A stretch of DNA of 64,000 bases from Patescibacteria group bacterium. GTDB lineage: Bacteria; Patescibacteriota; Patescibacteriia; GWA2-46-9. The position numbers were made by a program, and so were the translations under genes. The notes beneath the pieces are model-generated. The model did no database searches. It was given only the letters and a program-made list of their open reading frames with translations, and was not told the origin of the DNA. The stretch lies in assembly GCA_041660005.1 (NCBI GenBank), contig JBAZXG010000003.1, positions 835 through 64,834 on the forward strand, written 5' to 3'. This document shows positions 53,627 through 63,395 of the stretch, in pieces. How positions within the stretch are numbered: the stretch's first letter is position 1; every line of letters starts with the position of its first letter.

Positions 53627-55261
53627 ATGCGCAATTTGATTCGGCGTTTTTTTTTAGTCCAAACGAGTAGTATTACGAGAGCCGCATGGACAATCGCGCT
53701 CGCTAGTTTAGTAAGCAGATTACTTGGAGTTTTCCGTGATCGAATTCTTGCTAGCTCGTTCGGTGCAGGTGACGTTCTTGATATGTATTATGCGGCATTC
53801 AGGGTGCCCGATTTTATTTATAACCTTATCATTGTCGGCGCACTTTCCGCAGGATTTATTCCAGTGTTTATTGCTTTCCGGCGTAGTGGTGAACAATCGG
53901 GAGAGGAATCAGCATGGGAGTTGACCAATGTTTTTTTAACCATTTCTGGCATAGCACTTGTCGTCGTCGCCATACTCCTTGGTGTGTTCGCTCCGATTTT
54001 GGCGCCGCTCATAGCTCCTGGCTTCACGCCAGAAAAACAGGCGGCAGTTGCGGCGCTTACGCGAATTATTCTGTTTTCTCCAATACTCCTCGGTCTCTCC
54101 GCTATCCTCGGCGGAGTGCTTCAAGCGTACCGTAATTTTTTCATCTACTCACTTGCACCTATTTTTTACAACGTTGGTATTATTTTCGGTGCACTTTTCT
54201 TGGTACCATTCTACGGCGTGAGTGGTCTCGCCTGGGGTGTTGTTATTGGCGCTTTCTTCCATTTTCTAACGCAATTTTTTGCTGTCTGGCGTTTAGGTTG
54301 GCGACCGCATTTTATTTGGCAACCGCGGCACTCAGGACTACACGAAATAATGCGTCTCATGGTTCCTCGCACACTTTCTCTTGCAACGCAACAACTGAAC
54401 ATTGTTTTTCTGACCATTATCGCATCCTTTCTCGCTAGTGGCAGCTTAGCCATTTTTAATTTTTCCTCAAACTTGTATTTTGTGCCTGTTGCTTTTTTTG
54501 GTATTTCTTACGCGCTGGCCGTATTTCCTGCGCTGTCTGAGATGGCGCTGCAAGAAAATGATGCCGGTTTTAGAGCGCTCATTTCAAGTGCGGTGCGAAG
54601 TGTCCTTTTCTTTATTGTTCCGGCAACGATTCTTTTTGTCCTTCTCAGAGCACAAATCGTACGCGTTCTTTTTGGCAGCGGAGCTTTTGACTGGAATGAC
54701 ACGGTTCTCACTTTTGAATCGCTTCGTTGGTTGTCTATGAGCATGTTTGCAAGCTCGCTCATACCTGTTTTAGTGCGCGGGTTTTACGCCCGTCACAATA
54801 CCATGATTCCTTTTGCGGTTGGAATTTTGTCTGATGCCTTGACCATAGCAGGTGCATATTATCTTTCTCGGTTTTTTGGCGTTCTGGGGCTTGCCATGGC
54901 TTTTAGCTTAGGAGCCGTATTCCAAGTAGTAGGATTGTGGGTTTTTCTGCATTTTATCGCCGGAGACATGGACGAAAAACGTATATTCTTTTCAGTGATT
55001 CGTTTTACGATTGCTGGGATGATTATGGCGGTGGCAGTACAGGGCGTAAAGAACATTGCGGGCACCGTTCTCGGAACGAATACATTTATTGCTTTATCTC
55101 TTCAGGCAGCGCTTGCTAGTTTGGCAGGTGTCGTTATTTATGCAATAGTTTTGTGGTTTATGCAAAGCGAAGAGCTACATGAATTTATCACTGCACTCAG
55201 CCGTAAGCGTGAGCGAGTGAAGACGACGCTTGGAGCACTTAACGAAGGTGAAAGTCTTTAA
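53627..55261 (+). CDS. murJ: Lipid II flippase MurJ
   Basis: SRLLGVFRD, AAFRVPD, GALSAGFIPVF, R.FYA motifs; ~14 TM segments. Confidence 0.95.
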   Translation: MRNLIRRFFLVQTSSITRAAWTIALASLVSRLLGVFRDRILASSFGAGDVLDMYYAAFRVPDFIYNLIIVGALSAGFIPVFIAFRRSGEQSGEESAWELTNVFLTISGIALVVVAILLGVFAPILAPLIAPGFTPEKQAAVAALTRIILFSPILLGLSAILGGVLQAYRNFFIYSLAPIFYNVGIIFGALFLVPFYGVSGLAWGVVIGAFFHFLTQFFAVWRLGWRPHFIWQPRHSGLHEIMRLMVPRTLSLATQQLNIVFLTIIASFLASGSLAIFNFSSNLYFVPVAFFGISYALAVFPALSEMALQENDAGFRALISSAVRSVLFFIVPATILFVLLRAQIVRVLFGSGAFDWNDTVLTFESLRWLSMSMFASSLIPVLVRGFYARHNTMIPFAVGILSDALTIAGAYYLSRFFGVLGLAMAFSLGAVFQVVGLWVFLHFIAGDMDEKRIFFSVIRFTIAGMIMAVAVQGVKNIAGTVLGTNTFIALSLQAALASLAGVVIYAIVLWFMQSEELHEFITALSRKRERVKTTLGALNEGESL

Positions 55262-55263
55262 CT

Positions 55264-57048
55264 ATGTACGACCAAAAACTTATCAGAAATTTTTGTATTA
55301 TTGCGCATATCGATCATGGTAAAAGTACCTTGGCTGATCGCTTAATTCAGCGAACAGGAACGATAGAGGACCGGCTACTCAAAAGCCAGCACCTCGACAC
55401 GATGGATATCGAACGCGAGCGTGGTATAACGATTAAGCTCCAGCCAGTTAGAATGCTTTACCAAAATATCGAATTTAACCTGATTGACACACCGGGACAT
55501 GTTGATTTTACCTACGAAGTTTCGCGCTCATTGGCGGCTGTTGAGGGTGCGATTTTACTCGTTGATGCAACACAGGGTATTCAGGCGCAAACGCTGGCTA
55601 ATCTCTATCTCGCCTTAGAACAAAATGTTGAAATTATTCCTGTTATCAATAAGATTGATCTTCCGAATGCCGACGTAGTACGCGTTAGTGGTGAACTGCA
55701 GCGACTCTTGGGTTGCAAAGATGAGGATATTTTACGCGCCTCCGGTAAAACAGGGGAAGGAGTGGACGTCATCTTAACGACCATCATAGGACAGGTTCCT
55801 GCTCCTCGCGGTGAAAGTAATGGTGATCTTCGTGCGCTTATTTTTGATTCAGTCTTTGATGAATATCGCGGTGTTATTATCTTTGTTAGGATTGTTGACG
55901 GAAAGGTTCGGCCGGGACAAAAAATTCATTTTGCCGCAACGAAGGCAACAGCAATTGTTGAAGAACTTGGTGCGCTCCGACCGCAACTTAGCCCGACTGC
56001 TGAGCTGACCGCCGGGGAGATTGGTTACATTGTGACGGGGTTAAAAGAGGTAAAATTGTGCCGTGTTGGTGATACGGTGATAGAGATAGGCAAGCCAGAT
56101 TCGATAGCTCTGCCGGGGTATCGTGAGGTTCACCCCATGGTGTATGTAGGTATTTTTCCAGAAGAGGGGAGCGAACATCAAACACTGCGCGACGCCCTGG
56201 AGCGTTTGGCGTTAAATGATGCAGCATTGCAATTTGAGCCAGAGCATTCCCCTGCCTTAGGTTTTGGTTTTCGCGTTGGTTTTCTTGGACTGTTACATTT
56301 GGAAGTAACGCAGGAGCGATTGCGTCGAGAGTACAATTTGGAGCTCGTTACTACTGCGCCATCCGTTGCTTATCGCGTTTACCTTAGCAACGGGGTTTCG
56401 CTCGACGTAAAAAGTCCACAGGATTTACCAAGGGCAGAAACAATAGAGCACCTTGAAGAGCCATGGGTTTCACTGGATGTTATTACACCCGTGAGCTACA
56501 TCGGTGGCATTATGCCGTTGGTGTCGGCTCGCCGCGGAGTTTATAAGACTACCGAATATATCGGTGATCGCGCGCTCTTGCATTATCGTTTGCCGCTGCA
56601 GTCGATACTCGTTGATTTTTATGATAAGCTCAAAAGTGTCAGTTCGGGCTACGCATCAATGAATTATCAACTCGATGGCTACGAGCAGGCGGATGTTGTG
56701 CGAATGGATGTTTTAATTGCGGAAGAGCCCGCAGAAGCTCTTGCCACAATAGTCTATCGCGACGACGTGCAGGAGCGAGGAAGAAAAATTACAGCTCACC
56801 TCAAAGAGGTTCTACCTCGTCAGCAGTTTGTTTTAAAAATACAGGCCGCTGTTGGTGGTAAGGTTATCGCTTCGGAACATTTGAGTGCTTTGCGTAAGGA
56901 TGTTACTGCAAAACTTTACGGGGGGGACGTTACTAGAAAGCGGAAACTGTTGGACAAACAGAAAAAAGGGAAAAAACGTATGGCTGAACACGGGAGAGGT
57001 AAAGTTGCAATTCCTCCAGAGACTTTCATTAGTATTTTGAAACAATAG
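55264..57048 (+). CDS. lepA: Elongation factor 4
   Basis: IRNFCIIAHIDHGKSTLADR, ERGITIK, GFLGLLH, YGGDVTRKRKLL. Confidence 0.99.
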   Translation: MYDQKLIRNFCIIAHIDHGKSTLADRLIQRTGTIEDRLLKSQHLDTMDIERERGITIKLQPVRMLYQNIEFNLIDTPGHVDFTYEVSRSLAAVEGAILLVDATQGIQAQTLANLYLALEQNVEIIPVINKIDLPNADVVRVSGELQRLLGCKDEDILRASGKTGEGVDVILTTIIGQVPAPRGESNGDLRALIFDSVFDEYRGVIIFVRIVDGKVRPGQKIHFAATKATAIVEELGALRPQLSPTAELTAGEIGYIVTGLKEVKLCRVGDTVIEIGKPDSIALPGYREVHPMVYVGIFPEEGSEHQTLRDALERLALNDAALQFEPEHSPALGFGFRVGFLGLLHLEVTQERLRREYNLELVTTAPSVAYRVYLSNGVSLDVKSPQDLPRAETIEHLEEPWVSLDVITPVSYIGGIMPLVSARRGVYKTTEYIGDRALLHYRLPLQSILVDFYDKLKSVSSGYASMNYQLDGYEQADVVRMDVLIAEEPAEALATIVYRDDVQERGRKITAHLKEVLPRQQFVLKIQAAVGGKVIASEHLSALRKDVTAKLYGGDVTRKRKLLDKQKKGKKRMAEHGRGKVAIPPETFISILKQ

Positions 57049-57051
57049 TGT

Positions 57052-57159
57052 ATGCTTAAGAAAAAGAAACGACTGCAACGACGCATATGGATTGTGGTGA
57101 ACGCCATGGTTATTATTGGAATGCTTCTCTTTACCTTGGCTCCGCTCTTGCGCTATTAA
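57052..57159 (+). CDS. Small 35-aa single-TM protein (basic N-terminus; below the ORF-track cutoff)
   Basis: MLKKKKRLQRRIWIVVNAMVIIGMLLFTLAPLLRY*; starts 3 bp after the lepA stop and ends 1 bp before the recJ ATG. Confidence 0.7.
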   Translation: MLKKKKRLQRRIWIVVNAMVIIGMLLFTLAPLLRY

Positions 57160-57160
57160 G

Positions 57161-58888
57161 ATGTTGTCATACGTTTGGCAGCTGGGTAATCAGCCGGGAG
57201 GAGCGCCAAGTAAACCATCCGATATTCAAACTATAGTACGCGCTATTGTTCAGGCGCGCGGATTTAGTAGTGAACATGATATTGACCTTTTTTTAAATCC
57301 CGATTACGGGCGTGATGTTCACGATCCTTTTTTGTTCGCCAGTATGCGTATGGTGGTTGATCGTATTTACAAAGCGATTCAGCGCTCTGAACGCATTGTC
57401 GTTTTCGCTGACTACGATGCAGACGGTGTGTGTAGTGCGGCGGTAATGGTGAGCGCTCTTGAGGCCTTAGGCGCTCGAGATATTGAAGTATATATACCGC
57501 ACCGTGAAGACGAAGGATATGGGCTTAATATGGGTGCTATCCAGAAGTTTATTGCGTCAGATACTAAATTATTGATTACACTCGATTGCGGCACAACAAA
57601 TGTTGAAGAAATTGCCTCAGCGAAAAGCGCCGGTGTTGATGTCATTGTCATTGATCACCATCATGTGCCAGAAGAACTACCCGGGGCGTATGCATTACTA
57701 AATCCAAAAATGCCCGGCGAAAGTTACCCGTATCACGATTTGGCCTCAGTTGGTATGGCTTTTAAAGTTGCGCAGGCGCTATTCAAAGATCGTGTGTCGG
57801 GCTTTCCAGAAGAGCGGGAACGTTGGTTGCTTGCCGAAAAATGGCTATTAGATCTTGTGGCCATAGCGACGGTAACTGACTTGGTGCCGCTCACCGGCGA
57901 AAACAGGGTGCTCCTAAAGTATGGGTTGATTGTTCTCAATAAAACGATGCGGCCAGGTTTACGAGCGTTGATAGAGGAGTGTGGTGAGATCAATAGTGCC
58001 ATTACGGCAGAGACCATCGGTTTTCGCATCGGACCACGTTTAAATGCCGCTGGACGCATGGGTCATGCCATCGATGCCTACAATTTATTGATGGCAAAAA
58101 ATGACGTCGAAGCGACCACTTTGGCTAAAACTTTGAGTGATGCTAATCGCGCTCGACAAGTATTGACCGAAAAAGTAACTGCGGCCGCGAATGCTGAGCT
58201 TGAAGAAAATAAGAATGATCGTGTTCTGGTCGCCATTGGTAACGGTTGGCCAATTGGGTTAGTTGGGTTAGTTGCCAGCAGATTACTTGAACGTCATAAT
58301 CGTCCCGTTCTTGTCATCAGTAGGACCAGTCGCGGGCTTATCGGTTCAGGCAGGAGTGTTCCTGATTTTAATATTATTGAGGCAATGCATACCGTGCCGG
58401 ACCTTTTTGTGAAGTTTGGCGGTCACGCGCAAGCATGTGGATTTACATTGCCTGACGATGCGGCAGCTGATGAGTTGCGCTTGCGACTTAATACTTTAGC
58501 AGCTGTGCAGTTCTCGGAAGGGGTACGTGCCCCTGATCTAGAGCTAGCGGGAGTCTTAGAGTTGCGTCATGTACAATTAAATTTATTCAGCGAACTGCAA
58601 AAACTTGAGCCATGTGGTATGGGGAATATGCGCCCGATTTTTCTTTTTAGTAAACTTACGGTTGTCCACTTTGCTGCGGTTGGTGTCGACAAAAAGCATT
58701 TGAAATTGATGCTGAGTGATCACGACGGGCAGATTGTTACGGCGATTGGGTTCAAACTCGGTGCCTGGGGCGAACGCTTGACGCTTGGGGACCATATCGA
58801 CATTGCGGCAGAGATTATCAAAAATGAGTGGCGTGGATCGAACGACTTACAGCTTCGCGTTGTTGATCTCCGCCGGACACTATCATAG
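57161..58888 (+). CDS. recJ: Single-stranded-DNA-specific exonuclease RecJ
   Basis: DYDADG, LDCG, DHH, PRLNAAGR, GSGRS, GGHAQACG; ATG 57161. Confidence 0.96.
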   Translation: MLSYVWQLGNQPGGAPSKPSDIQTIVRAIVQARGFSSEHDIDLFLNPDYGRDVHDPFLFASMRMVVDRIYKAIQRSERIVVFADYDADGVCSAAVMVSALEALGARDIEVYIPHREDEGYGLNMGAIQKFIASDTKLLITLDCGTTNVEEIASAKSAGVDVIVIDHHHVPEELPGAYALLNPKMPGESYPYHDLASVGMAFKVAQALFKDRVSGFPEERERWLLAEKWLLDLVAIATVTDLVPLTGENRVLLKYGLIVLNKTMRPGLRALIEECGEINSAITAETIGFRIGPRLNAAGRMGHAIDAYNLLMAKNDVEATTLAKTLSDANRARQVLTEKVTAAANAELEENKNDRVLVAIGNGWPIGLVGLVASRLLERHNRPVLVISRTSRGLIGSGRSVPDFNIIEAMHTVPDLFVKFGGHAQACGFTLPDDAAADELRLRLNTLAAVQFSEGVRAPDLELAGVLELRHVQLNLFSELQKLEPCGMGNMRPIFLFSKLTVVHFAAVGVDKKHLKLMLSDHDGQIVTAIGFKLGAWGERLTLGDHIDIAAEIIKNEWRGSNDLQLRVVDLRRTLS

Positions 58889-58898
58889 AATGAATAAC

Positions 58899-59321
58899 AT
58901 GAAGAAAGTCGTCCATATTCATACCGATGGGGGAGCCCGAGGAAACCCAGGGCCGGCTGCGCTTGGTGTTTATATTACGGACGAGCTAGGAGTGCTGTTG
59001 CAAGAATTTGGTCGTTATCTCGGTATCGCTACTAATAATCAGGCGGAGTATCAGGCGTTGATTGCAGCTCTTGAGGCGGCAAAAAAATTTGAGCCAGAGT
59101 TAGTGCATTGTTATCTTGATAGCGAGTTAGTAGTCAAACAAATGAAACGCGAGTACCGGGTAAAGCATGTAGATCTGCAGCCGCTTTTTTTAAAGGCCTG
59201 GAATGCTGCGGCTAGTTTCAAAAAAATTAGCTTTACGCATGTGCCAAGAGCAAGAAATAAAGAGGCCGATCGACTGGTCAACGCAGCCCTTGATGCTGCT
59301 CAAGACGCGGTTGACAAATAG
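58899..59321 (+). CDS. rnhA: Ribonuclease HI (archaeal-like/actinobacterial type)
   Basis: TDGGARGNPG, TNNQAEY, DSELVVKQM, HVPR..N..AD. Confidence 0.93.
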   Translation: MKKVVHIHTDGGARGNPGPAALGVYITDELGVLLQEFGRYLGIATNNQAEYQALIAALEAAKKFEPELVHCYLDSELVVKQMKREYRVKHVDLQPLFLKAWNAAASFKKISFTHVPRARNKEADRLVNAALDAAQDAVDK

Positions 59322-59340
59322 CCACTTTTTTTGTTACTCT
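59311..59340 (+). promoter_or_regulatory. Promoter of rnpB
   Basis: TTGACA-18 bp-TACTCT with an extended TG. Confidence 0.65.
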
Positions 59341-59378
59341 AGCACTATTATCAAGATAGTGACATCGAAAAAGAGGTC

Positions 59379-59747
59379 AGAGAATACTGGGCGGCCGCTT
59401 CGACAGTGATGTCGGAGAGGAAAGTCCGAACACCACCTCGCAAGAGGTATAAGGATAGTTCCTAACGGGAACCGCAGTGGCGGCAACGCCATTGTAGGGC
59501 CAGTGCCACAGAGACAATACTATCCGCCAACAGCTACGCAGTTGCTGGCGGAGAAGCGTGAAAAGTTGGGCGGTGTACATTTTTGTGCTACGCCTGTTCC
59601 TACCGCGCGAGCGGCAAGGATGGTAAACCCTATCCGGTGCAAGAGCAAATTTGGTAGCTCGCTTGATCCGTCAGGCAACTGACGGGCTAGAGAGATGGTC
59701 GCCGCTCGGAACGTCTGAGTACAGAATTCGGCTTATAAGTATTCTCT
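59379..59747 (+). ncRNA. rnpB: RNase P RNA
   Basis: GAGGAAAGTCCG, AGTGCCACAGA, GTGAAA, GGTAAACCC...GCAAG and ACAGAATTCGGCTTAT conserved blocks; P1 AGAGAATACT/AGTATTCTCT. Confidence 0.95.
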
Positions 59748-59773
59748 CCTCTTTTTCGATGTCAGTAGCATAA

Positions 59774-61192
59774 ATGAAGCGCACGGAGCTATTTTTTTCA
59801 ATACTTTTAGTCCCTCTAGATTTTTGTGCTCTTCTTCTTGCTGCTCTAGCGGCGCAGAGGATACGGTTTCTTGATGTGGTCGAAGGTATTCGGCCTGCGC
59901 TGTACAGTATTGCGACGGAACGCCTGGTACTGTCAGCCAGTATTATTGCTGTGGTGTGGATACTTTTTTTCTCGCTCGCTGGGCTTTACAGTAGGCGCAT
60001 TACCGACCCTTTTTCTAACGAATTTTTGAAAATTATCTCTGCTTGCTCTGCTGGTCTCGTGCTTGTGGTTTTCATTGTTTTTTTCAAACGGGAACTTTTT
60101 TCTTCTCGCTTTGTGATTTTAGTAGCATGGTTTTTAGCAATATTTTTTGTAACAGCACTTCGTTTTTTTGTTCGAAAGATGCAGCAACTGCTTTTTCGCT
60201 TCGGTTATGCTGCTCGACGTATTGTTATTGTAGGAAAAAGTAGCACGGTAGTGGAATTGAAAAATCAGATGACCATGCATCCTGAGTCAGGATACAGAGT
60301 TATTGCTGTTGTTTCTCCCGATGAGCATGGTCTTGCTGAGCTGCAGGCACTTAGCAAGCCTGGTGTACTGGACGAAGTTATTTACGCAGATGCAGATTCG
60401 TCGAACGAAGAACGCATTCTTTTTTTAGAATTTGCCGAAGAGCGCCATCTTAACTTTCGCTATACACCTGACTTACTGCAGTCAACTATTCGCCGACCCG
60501 TGGTCAATTTTGATATTGGTGTACCTTTGATTGAGGTTCCTGCGACAAAAATTGAAGGGTGGGGGAGGATATTTAAAAGAGTTTTTGATTTTGCGGCCGG
60601 CGTTTTTGGTCTTGTGCTCTTTATGCCTGTTTTTGCTCTTGTGGCAGTCGGCATTTTCATGGAAACGGGGTTGCCTGTTTTTTATGCATCTCTGCGCGTT
60701 GGACGTCGGGGAACTTTTGTCGTTTATAAATTTCGTTCCATGTACTTGCGTGACTGCACTGGTAGTAATTATGGGGGTGCAGCAGCACAGGCCCTTTATG
60801 ACCAGCTTGTTGCCACTAGCGGATCGCGCGGTGGTCCTGTACCTAAAGTTATTAACGATCCGCGTGTTACGCGTTTTGGTAAATTTATACGACGCTATAG
60901 TCTCGATGAATTGCCACAGTTTTGGAATATTATAAAAGGTGACATGAGTCTCATTGGGCCACGTCCGCATTTGCCTTGGGAGGTGTCCCGTTACGAAAAA
61001 CATCACCGCAAGGTACTCGCCGTGAAGCCGGGTTTGACAGGACTAGCGCAAGTGAGCGGTCGCTCTGATCTCGATTTTGAAGAGGAGGTCCGATTGGATC
61101 GTTACTATGTGGAACAGTGGTCACCGCTGCTTGATCTTGTTATTATCCTGAGAACTGTTGGTGCGGTTATACGCCCGCGGCGCGCTTTATGA
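59774..61192 (+). CDS. Polyprenyl-phosphate sugar phosphotransferase (WcaJ/WbaP-like priming glycosyltransferase)
   Basis: Four N-terminal TM segments; KRVFD, KFRSM, DPRVT, SLDELPQ, GDMSLIGPRP, KPGLTG. Confidence 0.93.
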   Translation: MKRTELFFSILLVPLDFCALLLAALAAQRIRFLDVVEGIRPALYSIATERLVLSASIIAVVWILFFSLAGLYSRRITDPFSNEFLKIISACSAGLVLVVFIVFFKRELFSSRFVILVAWFLAIFFVTALRFFVRKMQQLLFRFGYAARRIVIVGKSSTVVELKNQMTMHPESGYRVIAVVSPDEHGLAELQALSKPGVLDEVIYADADSSNEERILFLEFAEERHLNFRYTPDLLQSTIRRPVVNFDIGVPLIEVPATKIEGWGRIFKRVFDFAAGVFGLVLFMPVFALVAVGIFMETGLPVFYASLRVGRRGTFVVYKFRSMYLRDCTGSNYGGAAAQALYDQLVATSGSRGGPVPKVINDPRVTRFGKFIRRYSLDELPQFWNIIKGDMSLIGPRPHLPWEVSRYEKHHRKVLAVKPGLTGLAQVSGRSDLDFEEEVRLDRYYVEQWSPLLDLVIILRTVGAVIRPRRAL

Positions 61193-62289
61193 AAGTTGCT
61201 CTTGTTCACGATTTTCTCACGCAAGATGGGGGCGCGGAGCGTGTTTTGAGCGTTTTAGCGAGCATGTACCCTACTGCCCCGATTTATACGCTGGTCTACA
61301 ACAAAGAGGTTCTTGGTTCGCGATTTGAAGGTAAAGATATTCGAACGTCTTTCATTCAGCGCATGCCGGGCGGTGTTCGTCATTACCAATTCTATTTGCT
61401 GCTGATGCCAACAGCCATTGAAACGTTTGATCTTTCCGGGTACGACGTTGTTATTTCTTCAGCGTCTGCCTTTGCAAAAGGTATTTTAACCGACGAGCGT
61501 ACGGTACATATTTGTTACTGTCACACACCGACTCGTTACCTATGGTCAGACGCAGTGAGCTACATAAAAACACTGCCGTATCCGAAAGTTATTCGAGCGC
61601 TCATTCCTTTTGTTCTCACAAAACTTCGTCCTTGGGACATGCTAGCCGCCGGAAGGGTTGACGTTATGGTAGCTAATTCAGTTGCAGTGGCAGAGCGCAT
61701 TCGGAAATATTATAAGCGGGAGTCGGAAGTTATTTATCCGCCAGTAGACGCCCCGGGATTTACTAGTGAGCGCAACGAAAAAGATTTTTTCTTGACCGGC
61801 GGACGACTCGTTGGATATAAGCGTTTTGATATTGTTATTGAAGCATGTTCGCGCTTGCGTTTACCTTTACACATTTTTGGCACAGGACCCGATCGTGTGC
61901 GCCTTGAAAAGTTGGCAGGTAATACCGTGAAGTTTCTTGGACATGTTTCAAAAAAAGAATTAGTGAACGAGTATGCATCTTGTCGCGCCTTTGTTCACCC
62001 GCAAGTCGAAGACTTTGGCATCACGGCAATTGAAGCCATGGCTGTCGGCGTACCAGTGATTGCGTTCGCTGGGGGCGGAGCGCTTGAAACAGTGCGACCA
62101 GGCATATCAGGAGTTTTTTTTGACGAACAAAGCTGGGAGTCGTTGGCGGACGCGTTAGCGCGCTTTTCCTCAAGTCAATTTTCGACAAGCGTTATTTCCG
62201 CAGAGGCCAATCAGTATGCAACCGATGTTTTTATTCAAAAGTTTGGCAGTCTTGTTCGTCGCGAAATTGCTAAACGCGTTAAGAGATGA
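61189..62289 (+). CDS. GT4-family glycosyltransferase
   Basis: MKVALVHD...GGAERV, CYCHTP, EDFGITAIEAMA. Confidence 0.92.
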   Translation: MKVALVHDFLTQDGGAERVLSVLASMYPTAPIYTLVYNKEVLGSRFEGKDIRTSFIQRMPGGVRHYQFYLLLMPTAIETFDLSGYDVVISSASAFAKGILTDERTVHICYCHTPTRYLWSDAVSYIKTLPYPKVIRALIPFVLTKLRPWDMLAAGRVDVMVANSVAVAERIRKYYKRESEVIYPPVDAPGFTSERNEKDFFLTGGRLVGYKRFDIVIEACSRLRLPLHIFGTGPDRVRLEKLAGNTVKFLGHVSKKELVNEYASCRAFVHPQVEDFGITAIEAMAVGVPVIAFAGGGALETVRPGISGVFFDEQSWESLADALARFSSSQFSTSVISAEANQYATDVFIQKFGSLVRREIAKRVKR

Positions 62290-63395
62290 GAATTGGTATT
62301 GATTTACGAGTTCTTGATGACCCGTTCGGGTCTGGTGTTGCACGCTATACAACTTTAATGCTGGCGGAGCTGAAGAAGATCCTAACTGCCAGGGGTCATA
62401 CTTTAATTGGTTACCGAAGTGGCCACAGGCGTAAAGCTGAAAAAATATTGGAGAACGAGCACGTGGTTCAACTACCCAATACTATTTTGAATTTATGCAG
62501 TGTCATGTTTGGCTTACCGACGTCTGCACAATGTTTTCCGAAAGCTGATCTGATTTGGCAGCCCAATCCGCTTTTTTTGGGTCAAGTACGGATACCCCTT
62601 TTTGTGACGATACACGATTTATCGTTTGTGCGTCAGCCGGAAACGTTCCCCTTGCATACACGTTTATGGTATTTACGTAATGTTAAAAATTTTTTACGCC
62701 GCGCTGATCCTGGTACGTATCTTATGGCGGTATCAGAGCATACGAAGGATGACATTCTTGATCTTTTTCCCCAATGGAAGGGTAGAGTTTTTGTTGTACC
62801 ACCCCCATTACTGAGCTCTTTTTTAAACGAAGGAGCGCCAGTTAAAACGAATAAGCAGAAATATTTTCTTTACGTCGGAGCTGTAGAAGTTAGAAAAAAC
62901 GTGGTGTCGCTCATGAATGGTTTTATAAAGTTCCGCCAAAGCCATCCCGATTATCAACTTTACGTCGTGGGACGGCAGGGCTTTTTGTCGGTCAATAATA
63001 TGATTGATAAAGATTACCTTCTTAAAAACGGTGTGGTGCTTGCCGGTTACGTCGACGAGACAGAGCGTCGCCGGCTTTTGGTAAACGCGAGCGGCCTCAT
63101 TTATCCATCCTTTTATGAAGGCTTTGGCTATCCTCCGCTTGAGGCGCTAGAAGTGCACGTTCCGGTCATTGCTGGCGCCGATACTGCTCTTACAAAAACG
63201 CTTGGAGACGCAGCGCTCTGGATAAATCCGTATCGCATTGGTGACGAACTGCCGGGTGCGTTAGCGGCGCTAGTTGATAGTCCGGAATACCGGCAGCATA
63301 TGATTGAGAAGGGGTTAAAACAGTTAGCAGGTATACAAAAGGATTTTTCGCTTTTACCGTTAGTTGAACTATGGGAAAGATTCGCCTCGGTATAG
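62286..63395 (+). CDS. GT4-family glycosyltransferase
   Basis: IGID, GVARY, TIHDL, RKN, PSFYEGFGYPPLEA. Confidence 0.92.
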   Translation: MRIGIDLRVLDDPFGSGVARYTTLMLAELKKILTARGHTLIGYRSGHRRKAEKILENEHVVQLPNTILNLCSVMFGLPTSAQCFPKADLIWQPNPLFLGQVRIPLFVTIHDLSFVRQPETFPLHTRLWYLRNVKNFLRRADPGTYLMAVSEHTKDDILDLFPQWKGRVFVVPPPLLSSFLNEGAPVKTNKQKYFLYVGAVEVRKNVVSLMNGFIKFRQSHPDYQLYVVGRQGFLSVNNMIDKDYLLKNGVVLAGYVDETERRRLLVNASGLIYPSFYEGFGYPPLEALEVHVPVIAGADTALTKTLGDAALWINPYRIGDELPGALAALVDSPEYRQHMIEKGLKQLAGIQKDFSLLPLVELWERFASV

